Program-made: the position numbers and the translations under genes
Notes under the pieces: generated by a model
Databases searched by the model: none
The model's input: only the letters and a program-made list of their open reading frames with translations
Told to the model about the DNA's origin: nothing
In this document: piece after piece, positions 34,109 to 41,348 of the stretch
How positions within the stretch are numbered: position 1 is the first letter of the stretch
Layout: every line of letters begins with the position of its first letter
IMG/VR virus record: IMGVR_UViG_3300022696_000100
From: a virus
Strand: one strand, 5' to 3'
Length of the DNA stretch: 43,747 nucleotides

Positions 34109-34366
34109 CTATTCAAATTCAACGCCCTGTAATTCTTTAATTGGTCTTGAATAATATTTTCCATCTTTACCTTTATATATTTCAAAACCTGCTTCTAATT
34201 CGCCTTGCTCTGTAAGTTTAAACGTTTTGTGTTTACGTCCCTTTAAAATTTGTCCAGTTTTAGGATCACGGCTGGGCCAGTGGCCTGTTTCATCAGGCTC
34301 TATTCCCGCTGCTTTAGCTGTCTCATAATCATACCCACTACCTTCAGGATCAAATGGCTTAGGCAT
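34109..34366 (-). CDS. Small Gly/Lys-rich protein (85 aa) sharing the scaffold C-terminal GVEFE motif
   Basis: Overlaps the portal stop by 8 nt. Ends ..KELQGVEFE, while the scaffold ends ..FLDGVEFE. Confidence 0.6.
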   Translation of the reverse strand: MPKPFDPEGSGYDYETAKAAGIEPDETGHWPSRDPKTGQILKGRKHKTFKLTEQGELEAGFEIYKGKDGKYYSRPIKELQGVEFE

Positions 34367-36473
34367 TGCCCACCTCGCGTGCTAATTCTCTTGCCTGGCC
34401 TTCAATAACTGGCTGGGGTTCCTCTGCGTTCATTGCTTCACTCAGAGCTTTCAAGGTGTCAGCCTGATTTTTCATTTGTTGGGTTACGGCGGTAACTGCT
34501 TCCACAACCGCCTTCTGTTGATCTAACTGAAGCTTCTGGTCAACACTCTGTTGCTTGATCACCATTTCAAGTTCTTTGAGTTTAAGTTTCTGTTCCTCTA
34601 TATCCAGTTTACGTTGCCGCTCCTGAGTCTTACTCTGAACGTCCATTGCTTGAGCCTCAGCCACCATCAAGTTGGCTTGCTCGATGGGGCTGGGCTCGCC
34701 GCTGCCCTCATTCAGTTGGGCGACAAGTTGTTTTTCCTCTTCAGTCTGCTGCGTGGGAGGTATTAACCCTTGCGATAGCATCATCATACGTTTACGTTCG
34801 GCTATTTTTGCTATTCCTGGAGCCGCTATGTTGCTCAGGAGAACATCGGAACCTATAGCCATTATAGACGGATCTATCTTAGCAATCTCGTTTATTGCAG
34901 TAACCGTTTCTTGCTGCCTGCTATGGAATGCCGGACCCGCCTTACATACAATACTATATAAACCTTTTGACAGATCATTCAGCTCTACAATCTTCCCTGT
35001 TTGCTCATCCTTTACCTTTTTATGAATGGTTATAGTATCCGTAGTTCCATCCTGGCCGGTAAGCACCATTTCCTGGGTTGTATCATAGACTTTAGGGATT
35101 GCCTTAACCAGAATTTCACAGGTATGACCAATAGCAACTTCCATAGCCGAAAACCATTTCCGTTTCGGATTATCTGATTTGTTTTGAAGTAGCTGCACCG
35201 CCTCACCAGAACGATGGGCAGGTGCAGCACCACGAGCCTCGTCGAACGTCCCAGAGGTTCGCTGGATAAACCCCTGCGCGGATGCGGACGTTTCAACGAG
35301 GCCGGGGTTCGACTGGGGCGAACCCTGAAAGCCAGGAAGGGGCTGGCCTTCAGCATGGTCATAAAACTGTACCGGATCTGCGTTCGTATTGAGCGTCCGC
35401 AACGTATTACGAACATCCGGTGAGACAGCTTGGTCTTTCGTCATCCAGTACTTGCCCCGAGGAGAAAGGGCACCCTCTTCAATTTTCCTAGACTCCGCAT
35501 AATTGATGACGCGCTGCGCATCCATCAACTTTTCAACAATACCCCAGTAAATCACTTTATTCTCTGATATTCGAAAATTACCGTATACCGGTACTATAGG
35601 TAAATAGCAAAACACAGTTTCTTTGGCATCCGACAGCCAATCAGACCCGTCAAAGAGCTTCTGGTACACAGTATCATAATCTCTGCTGCGAGTCCTGTGT
35701 ACTTCAATACCCTGTGCAAATAACTCATCCTTTACCATTTCAAAGTTGTCATCTTCTTCAAAAACGGAGCCATCGGTCATCTGGATAAGAGTACGCTGCC
35801 TGGTTTTCTTAAAAAGGTATTCTCCAATAACAACCTCGTGGGGTTTCTTGAAGGAATATACCTGCTGCCTGATCTCCGACCCCACTGACATCCCTGTACC
35901 CTTAGGAAACATCTTCTTATACGCATCATACGTCATGGACGTTGTTACCCAACCGAAGTCAGCGTCTTTCATTGTCGGGTCAACAGCACCCGGGTCAAAC
36001 CACACAGAATCTTGAAAATTGGGTATCTTTTTAATCAAAAGGTCCTGTTGGAAGCTGTCATCATCCCGGTATTCCTGTACGACCCTCCACCCGTCTAAGC
36101 CAGTCCCAACCATGATTCGGCCCGACCTATTATATACGGTATGCGCGCTAGAAAGGTTTTCTATAGTCCGGATTATCCCTTCAAACTGCTGTGCGGTCTC
36201 ATTCGATGCCATCCCGCCGTTGGGATTTACCCGAATACTGAATTCCATGGACTCCATTTCGCCCATTACATCGTCAACGATCGGATTACATTCATCAAAT
36301 GTATACCTGGGTTTTCCTCGGAACTTGGAAATGATCTGCGGTTCCCATTGACCATCACGTTTGTTGAGAAACAGGTCGGCTTCACGGACCATCTCACGAT
36401 TATCATGATCTGACCACTGTGCTTCCTTCAACTGCTTCATCATTTGCATGAATTTGTTTTCTTCGGTTGCCAT
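34359..36473 (-). CDS. Portal protein, P22-like, with a long C-terminal helical region
   Basis: 704 aa after TerL. N-terminus READLFLNKRDGQWEP and GLDGWRVVQEYRDD resemble the P22 gp1 blocks. The C-terminal ~120 aa is Gln/Lys/Glu-rich and helical. Confidence 0.8.
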   Translation of the reverse strand: MATEENKFMQMMKQLKEAQWSDHDNREMVREADLFLNKRDGQWEPQIISKFRGKPRYTFDECNPIVDDVMGEMESMEFSIRVNPNGGMASNETAQQFEGIIRTIENLSSAHTVYNRSGRIMVGTGLDGWRVVQEYRDDDSFQQDLLIKKIPNFQDSVWFDPGAVDPTMKDADFGWVTTSMTYDAYKKMFPKGTGMSVGSEIRQQVYSFKKPHEVVIGEYLFKKTRQRTLIQMTDGSVFEEDDNFEMVKDELFAQGIEVHRTRSRDYDTVYQKLFDGSDWLSDAKETVFCYLPIVPVYGNFRISENKVIYWGIVEKLMDAQRVINYAESRKIEEGALSPRGKYWMTKDQAVSPDVRNTLRTLNTNADPVQFYDHAEGQPLPGFQGSPQSNPGLVETSASAQGFIQRTSGTFDEARGAAPAHRSGEAVQLLQNKSDNPKRKWFSAMEVAIGHTCEILVKAIPKVYDTTQEMVLTGQDGTTDTITIHKKVKDEQTGKIVELNDLSKGLYSIVCKAGPAFHSRQQETVTAINEIAKIDPSIMAIGSDVLLSNIAAPGIAKIAERKRMMMLSQGLIPPTQQTEEEKQLVAQLNEGSGEPSPIEQANLMVAEAQAMDVQSKTQERQRKLDIEEQKLKLKELEMVIKQQSVDQKLQLDQQKAVVEAVTAVTQQMKNQADTLKALSEAMNAEEPQPVIEGQARELAREVGNA

Positions 36474-36482
36474 ATGGGCTCC

Positions 36483-37922
36483 TTAATCAAAAAATGAATC
36501 AAATGCCATCGGATCACCTTCATGCACAGCTTTAGGAGTAATCAGGCTCATCATAAGAGCGTCTGCAAGGTTCGGTGATTGTATTTTAAGCTTTTTCATC
36601 TCAATTTTGGACATAATTTGGATTTGGCCGGACCCCAGATACTTCCTGGGGACCCGGCACACTTCCGAGCGAAGCAATGGGAGGTCAGCAATGTCGCTCG
36701 AAATTGAAATTAGGTCTTCAGGATCAATATACTGCTTTTTCTCAACTGCAAGGAACGTATTATGGAGTCTGTCACGAAGTTTCCAGTAGAATTGTGCTCT
36801 TCTGTTACGAAATACGTCCTTATTTGTCCTAACTTTGTCAGGACTGTCCTCTGTCTGGGGTACGCCACTGATCTTCTGGTAGGGTGAGAGCGGATTCTCC
36901 GGTGATTCAGAACCCCGAAACGGTTGAGCAGCTATCTTCTTCCCTTTTAAATTGTCTTTGACTTGTCGTTTAAGAGATAGACCCATGCCGTCAGCGTCCC
37001 AAGTGAAGAGATCCGCCCTTTTATCAACTGCATAGTCCGTTGCCCAGTCACAACCGTCGTTTACATCACCAAATTGCCGTAGTCGGGCATCCAAGATAAC
37101 GGAACCGTGTCTTCGAACCACGGCCTTGTCATCAGTTCCGAGGTCTGAGGGATCATGGGAAACGACGACAGCTCCTTTAGGTTTAATGCCAAGTTTTTTG
37201 TGAGCATCAACTGCAGCATCGAACCACTCTGTCTTAATAATTGAGTTCTCAACTGAATCATTGAACGCGCCTTCCCATATATGATCGTATAGGGCCCTGG
37301 GGAGCATCTGATAATCATGTAGCCTCTCCGCTTCAAGTTCAGGCGGGAACCAGGGATTGTCTCGATAGTTGATTTTTACGATAAGATGCAAATCGTCTAT
37401 GTAATATCCCTTGGTATCCAGCTCTTTCTGAAATGGCACAATAAAGCGTTGGCTAAAAGGATCTGCCGAAGACATTGCGTTAGCTGAAATCCACATCTCG
37501 GACTCAGATTCACGCAACGAAGGAGTTAAGGTCTTTAAAGATTGCTCAGAAATGAATTGCCCTTCTTCCAGCCAGAAGTATTTGAAGCCGTGCATACTCT
37601 TGACTGCGTCTATCGACCGGGCTAAGCCCCGGAAGCGGAACCCGCCGCCACTTATATGATCAATATTGGCCTTGCCTAAGTGGTAGCCCGGAATTTCGTA
37701 TTTATTGACCATCGCCTTTATTAAGGAATATACTGAGTCCTCAATAGAATTCTGAAATTCCCTGAAGCAGCCCACCAGGGCCCCTTCAGTCTGGGCCTTC
37801 ATTGCCATAGTAGAGGCAAAAGCCACTGATTTTGCGCCGCCCCTGCCCCCATATGCGACTTTAAACCGCCTTTTTAGATCCAGGAAAGGGCGTAACTTTT
37901 TCGGAATTTGGAATGTCGGCAT
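36483..37922 (-). CDS. terL: Terminase large subunit
   Basis: Walker A YGGRGGAKS, Walker B-like FWLEEG, and a C-terminal nuclease region. 479 aa. Confidence 0.85.
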   Translation of the reverse strand: MPTFQIPKKLRPFLDLKRRFKVAYGGRGGAKSVAFASTMAMKAQTEGALVGCFREFQNSIEDSVYSLIKAMVNKYEIPGYHLGKANIDHISGGGFRFRGLARSIDAVKSMHGFKYFWLEEGQFISEQSLKTLTPSLRESESEMWISANAMSSADPFSQRFIVPFQKELDTKGYYIDDLHLIVKINYRDNPWFPPELEAERLHDYQMLPRALYDHIWEGAFNDSVENSIIKTEWFDAAVDAHKKLGIKPKGAVVVSHDPSDLGTDDKAVVRRHGSVILDARLRQFGDVNDGCDWATDYAVDKRADLFTWDADGMGLSLKRQVKDNLKGKKIAAQPFRGSESPENPLSPYQKISGVPQTEDSPDKVRTNKDVFRNRRAQFYWKLRDRLHNTFLAVEKKQYIDPEDLISISSDIADLPLLRSEVCRVPRKYLGSGQIQIMSKIEMKKLKIQSPNLADALMMSLITPKAVHEGDPMAFDSFFD

Positions 37923-38313
37923 TGTCTGTCTCAGGTTTTACGTCAACAACTTCAATTTTCCACTCATCGGCACCGTCTTTGCCTTTGCCGGTAATATCCA
38001 ATTCTTGCTTGTCGCTCCAGCCATGCTGCTTCAAAGCAAAAATAGGCCCCGAGACTCTTCCCGGTCCCAGCAGCCTAAGCTCCAGAGCGTGCTGAATAAT
38101 CAAACGAGCTTGCCTTATAATAGGTAGAAACTCGTCCTTCTTCGCATATGAGATAATTTGATTCCGCGTGAACCCGATTGCGAGACATAAGCCCGTAATA
38201 GTATAGGGTTCGGGCGGATCTGCTTCGTCGCACTCATCAAAGTACGCGTTGATCATCTCTCCGAGTATATACGGAGAGGTAAATGTCCTTGGCCGGCCGA
38301 CGCGTTTTTTCAT
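37861..38313 (-). CDS. terS: Terminase small subunit (P27/Terminase_5-like)
   Basis: GRPRTFTSP..YF..C......PYTITGLCLAIG.....I..Y.....F...I..A......G.IFALKQHGWSD pattern. Immediately upstream of TerL. Confidence 0.7.
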   Translation of the reverse strand: MKKRVGRPRTFTSPYILGEMINAYFDECDEADPPEPYTITGLCLAIGFTRNQIISYAKKDEFLPIIRQARLIIQHALELRLLGPGRVSGPIFALKQHGWSDKQELDITGKGKDGADEWKIEVVDVKPETDNADIPNSEKVTPFPGSKKAV

Positions 38314-38320
38314 GAGAAAT

Positions 38321-38689
38321 TTACCTTAGGTTATACCGTATGTTATTAGGTCCTCGGTAGTCCCTGCCTGCAGGGCTTCTAGGGTTACTGCGCGGTGTGT
38401 GCGTCTGTCCTCTGCCCCGAGCGCGCGTCCTATTTTGTGCTGCCGCATTCTGTCGTACTCTCTTCCTCAGTGCAGCTGCCCGCGCTCTTGCCGCGACTGC
38501 CGCTCTATATTCTTTCATCCGAGCGCCCACTCTCGGGACCGGCTTCCTCGCTGACCGCTTTCTCTTCATCTGGGCTTCTCGCTGTGCCCGCCTTCTAATC
38601 ATCCTGCCCGCTATGCCTCCAGCGGGGCTGCGCTTACTGACTCGGCTGGGTCGGCGACGTCTTCTGCGATATTCCATATTTCGTGGCAT
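38321..38689 (-). CDS. Extremely arginine-rich basic protein (122 aa; 35 Arg, 7 Lys, 5 acidic)
   Basis: AAGGAG lies 6 nt upstream of the ATG. The stop is 8 nt before the terS start. I counted the composition from the translation. The gene is a local GC-rich island. Confidence 0.6.
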   Translation of the reverse strand: MPRNMEYRRRRRRPSRVSKRSPAGGIAGRMIRRRAQREAQMKRKRSARKPVPRVGARMKEYRAAVAARARAAALRKRVRQNAAAQNRTRARGRGQTHTPRSNPRSPAGRDYRGPNNIRYNLR

Positions 38690-38982
38690 GATATCTCCTT
38701 AAAAAGGGAAAGGTTTTATCTTAAACAGGCATATCATAATGATTAAGCCGCGTAAAGGCCTTTTTTAATAAATAAGTAAATAAGTTTTTGAAAGCGGTGG
38801 TTAGGTATTATATAAGTTTGACGTAAAGTAGTGGGGGTTGGGAGGTTGTGCGGTTATGAAATAAGTAAGATGTAAAGTAGAATCGGTCAAAGCGGAAAAA
38901 GTCATATAAGGTTCAATACGCAAGCACAAATTCAATCGGTTAGCTGAAGTGTAATTGAAATTAAAATTGTTTATCCGTCATA

Positions 38983-39091
38983 ACGTGATTCCGATTCAAC
39001 CAATGACTGTCATTCATTCTATAATTTACATTCAACTTATACATTTCATTCAATCAATGAATGTCCTTCATTCGTTGAATCGGAATCACGT
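38983..39091. repeat. 109-bp imperfect palindrome with perfect 18-bp outer arms
   Basis: ACGTGATTCCGATTCAAC (38983-39000) and its exact reverse complement GTTGAATCGGAATCACGT (39074-39091). The inner arms carry mirrored AATGA..TCATT elements (39002-39018 and 39056-39072). Confidence 0.85.
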
Positions 39092-39092
39092 A

Positions 39093-39215
39093 ATAAATGA
39101 GATTCATTTTTTACCGTGTAATTATGAATTAAACACCAGTTAGGATGTGAAGGCGAATTAATAAATATATAAGTTTTATAATATAAATGACATTCATTGT
39201 ATAAATGACATTCAT
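39093..39215. promoter_or_regulatory. Three copies of the 15-mer ATAAATGANATTCAT (operator or iteron candidates), left array
   Basis: Copies at 39093-39107, 39183-39197 and 39201-39215. Each has a palindromic core AATGA-N3-TCAT(T). The last two start 18 bp apart. Confidence 0.6.
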
Positions 39216-39216
39216 A

Positions 39217-39414
39217 GTATTTATTAAATATATTATTTTAACGGCAAAAACTATATATAAAATATTTTTTTATTATTATATATTTAAAGAATAAAAATAA
39301 TATATATAATAAATATTAATAACAAAATAAATATGTTAGATAAATGTCTTAATATATATAACCTAAATTTATAATAAATATAACTTTTTATACTTAAAAT
39401 ATTTAAAAAAAACC
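39217..39414. other. Extremely A+T-rich tract (about 90% A+T over ~200 bp)
   Basis: I counted about 18 G/C in 180 bases (39241-39420). It lies between the two site arrays. Confidence 0.8.
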
Positions 39415-39443
39415 TTTACTTTTATAAATGAATTTGGTATAAT
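39415..39443 (+). promoter_or_regulatory. Strong sigma70-like early promoter
   Basis: TTTACT (39415-39420), 17-nt spacer containing ATAAATGAAT, and a perfect TATAAT (39438-39443). Confidence 0.6.
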
Positions 39444-39504
39444 GATTTATAAAACAAAATAAATAATGATTATTTATTTTGAAACCGCCGAAAGGAGATT
39501 TAAA

Positions 39505-39708
39505 ATGAAAAAATTTATGATGATGGGAAGTTATGTGAAGGTCCGGTTGATGAAAGATAATTTCAAAGGAATGAAGGATGAGGAAATTATCAAGGATGTG
39601 AGGAATAATATGGATAAGAAATCCAAATATATCAATAAAGACGTGATGGAATGTGTGAATTGGTATAGGAAAGATTTTTTCCGGAAGGGGATAAAAATAG
39701 GAGGATAA
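39505..39708 (+). CDS. Small Lys-rich protein (67 aa), paralogous to the C-terminal domain of the 172-aa protein at 42767..43285
   Basis: AAAGGAG upstream of ATG 39505 (track start 39466 trimmed). 25/50 identities by eye with residues 106-154 of the 172-aa protein. Confidence 0.65.
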   Translation: MKKFMMMGSYVKVRLMKDNFKGMKDEEIIKDVRNNMDKKSKYINKDVMECVNWYRKDFFRKGIKIGG

Positions 39709-39718
39709 AATATAATTA

Positions 39719-39765
39719 GGAATTAGGAATTGGACAGAAGTCCAATTCCTAATTCCCATTCTTTT
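39719..39765 (+). terminator. Rho-independent terminator
   Basis: Perfect 17-bp stem GGAATTAGGAATTGGAC / GTCCAATTCCTAATTCC, AGAA loop, then cattctttt. Confidence 0.75.
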
Positions 39766-39836
39766 AATGAATGATATTTATCAAATGAATACCATTCACT
39801 GAATAAATGATATTCATTTGATAAATGACATTCATT
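39766..39836. promoter_or_regulatory. Right array of AATGA..TCATT sites, including two further ATAAATGANATTCAT 15-mers
   Basis: 15-mers at 39803-39817 and 39821-39835, again 18 bp apart. Degenerate sites at 39766-39780 and 39784-39800. Confidence 0.6.
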
Positions 39837-39944
39837 TGATAAACTCGGTTCACAGATTAAACGGAATTCACCGTACTGTGACCAAATCCGAAACACCTGG
39901 AATTATGAAAAAAATTGATTTTGAAAATCGAAAGGAGCTTTGAA

Positions 39945-40166
39945 ATGATGGACATCGAACGTGATATCGTATTTGAAAGTGAGGACAGTTCCGGTGAAGA
40001 ATCGTATTCCTTCAAAATCTTAGAAATTGATGACGATGGGGAATATGGACTCCGCCTTTATACAGACGGCGATGAATGCGGAATGAGCGCAGGATATCAC
40101 CTTTATGAGTTAATTGCAGAAGGGTATGAGTGGATAAAGGAACAGAAAGGAGGATTCAATGCCTAA
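39945..40166 (+). CDS. Small acidic hypothetical protein (73 aa)
   Basis: AAAGGAG upstream of ATG 39945 (track start trimmed). Confidence 0.6.
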   Translation: MMDIERDIVFESEDSSGEESYSFKILEIDDDGEYGLRLYTDGDECGMSAGYHLYELIAEGYEWIKEQKGGFNA

Positions 40167-40341
40167 AATTGTCATAAGGAAAGACGTGATCATTGATGAC
40201 TATAGAATTGACTGTATACGTGAACCATTACTGGATTACGTGATGACGACTCTGAATACCCACGATATCCCAGGGAAAATTGAAAGTGTTGTCATTGACT
40301 GGAACACTGACAATATAATCGTCAAAATGTCAGAGGTTTAA
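40159..40341 (+). CDS. Hypothetical protein (60 aa)
   Basis: AAAGGAGG upstream. Overlaps the previous stop. Confidence 0.55.
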   Translation: MPKIVIRKDVIIDDYRIDCIREPLLDYVMTTLNTHDIPGKIESVVIDWNTDNIIVKMSEV

Positions 40342-40342
40342 A

Positions 40343-40405
40343 ATGATATTATTCTGTGGTATGATAATTGTGATCGGATTAATTTATATGAGGATATATG
40401 TATAA
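40343..40405 (+). CDS. Possible 20-aa hydrophobic micro-peptide
   Basis: Hand translation gives MILFCGMIIVIGLIYMRIYV. TAATG-coupled to the next ORF. Weak evidence. Confidence 0.2.
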   Translation: MILFCGMIIVIGLIYMRIYV

Positions 40406-40533
40406 TGAAATCATTAATCACACTCATAATCACATTAGTAATTCTGTGGATCGGGGCTCATTCCGGTCTTGGAATTGCTTTGGCAGTCGCGGCGCTCTAT
40501 ATTGGATATAGAGTGGGCGACCTTGATTATTAA
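40405..40533 (+). CDS. Possible 42-aa membrane peptide
   Basis: Hand translation gives MKSLITLIITLVILWIGAHSGLGIALAVAALYIGYRVGDLDY. GAGGA upstream. Fills the 40342-40557 gap. Confidence 0.4.
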   Translation: MKSLITLIITLVILWIGAHSGLGIALAVAALYIGYRVGDLDY

Positions 40534-40557
40534 TCGATCAATCGAAAGGAGGTCAGA

Positions 40558-40863
40558 ATGACAAAGACTGACAATCCCGTTCTGCGTGAACTGAAGAAAC
40601 AGTTCTCAGACGCGGATGACGTGAAGATGGACAGAGATGGAGGGTTTCTTCTCATCTATCACGACATGGTGAATGCGGAAAATCGGGACATGATGATCGA
40701 GTTTGTGAGAGCATTAGCAGATGACATAAAAATTGAATTTGATTTTCAATTGTATGGCATGGGCATGAATGCTTTCAACGGGAACTTGGTTGTCAAATTT
40801 AAACAGACTGATGTCGTTACCGAGGCGATGATGGAAGGAGTGCCCTATGCCGAACCGAGTTGA
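40558..40863 (+). CDS. Hypothetical protein (101 aa)
   Basis: GAAAGGAGG upstream. Confidence 0.6.
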   Translation: MTKTDNPVLRELKKQFSDADDVKMDRDGGFLLIYHDMVNAENRDMMIEFVRALADDIKIEFDFQLYGMGMNAFNGNLVVKFKQTDVVTEAMMEGVPYAEPS

Positions 40864-41068
40864 CCAAGTTATATGCAGATACGCAAACGGATGTTTAGCA
40901 TTCAGTTGCGTTCACAAGTATCCGCATGAACGTCGAAAAGTCAAGATGAGAGCACCTCACGAAAAGGAATGTTGGTGCACTCAATATGGGCATTGTCCGA
41001 GAACTGGGAAAACCGTCAGATGTACGTTCCTCAGACGGATTACTCTTCACAAGGACTTTAGGAGGTAA
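40847..41068 (+). CDS. Cys/His-rich small protein (73 aa)
   Basis: Seven Cys and several His (CRYANGCLAFSCVHKYPH..CWCTQYGHC..VRC). Overlaps its neighbours as in a coupled operon. Confidence 0.45.
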   Translation: MPNRVDQVICRYANGCLAFSCVHKYPHERRKVKMRAPHEKECWCTQYGHCPRTGKTVRCTFLRRITLHKDFRR

Positions 41069-41069
41069 T

Positions 41070-41348
41070 ATGCTCAATCAAATTAAGGAAATCAACGAAG
41101 CAGCTGAGAACGTGCTTCACAACTATGGGCTAGAGGAATGGTGGTTCACCCAGCAATATCGTCACGAATTGGGTGGTGATACACTTACGTTAAAAATTGA
41201 ATTTGAACATCCAATGACATCATTCCTCGATATGATCAGAATAAAGATCCGACAGGAATTGACCAGCTCCAAATTCAAGGGCAATCAGGAAGCCTGGCAA
41301 ATCATCAACAGCGATCATATGAGGATAGATTATGAGTTTATTCTTTAG
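41070..41348 (+). CDS. Hypothetical protein (92 aa)
   Basis: TAGGAGGT upstream of ATG 41070 (track start 40986 trimmed). Confidence 0.6.
   Translation: MLNQIKEINEAAENVLHNYGLEEWWFTQQYRHELGGDTLTLKIEFEHPMTSFLDMIRIKIRQELTSSKFKGNQEAWQIINSDHMRIDYEFIL

Noticed and set aside
38728-38756. A late promoter on the minus strand (TTTACG-N17-TATGCC) upstream of the Arg-rich gene.
   Set aside because: The -10 hexamer matches the consensus at only 3 of 6 positions. It is mentioned under the promoter-family finding but is too weak to list as a feature.
38800-38885. Two copies of ATAAGT..GA(C/T)GTAAAGTAG about 48 bp apart, considered as an sRNA or promoter.
   Set aside because: There are only two imperfect copies, with no associated -10/-35 geometry or terminator that I could find.
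39403-39759. The 118-aa minus-strand ORF across the early promoter and mini-cistron.
   Set aside because: It lies in ~85-90% A+T DNA and is antisense to a gene with an SD, promoter and terminator. Its sequence is low-complexity Ile/Phe/His. Treated as spurious.
38940-39860. Short spaced repeats in A+T-rich DNA that could be mistaken for a CRISPR array.
   Set aside because: The repeats are 13-18 bp palindromic protein-binding-type sites with irregular spacing and both orientations. There are no ~30-bp repeats, no uniform spacers and no cas genes.
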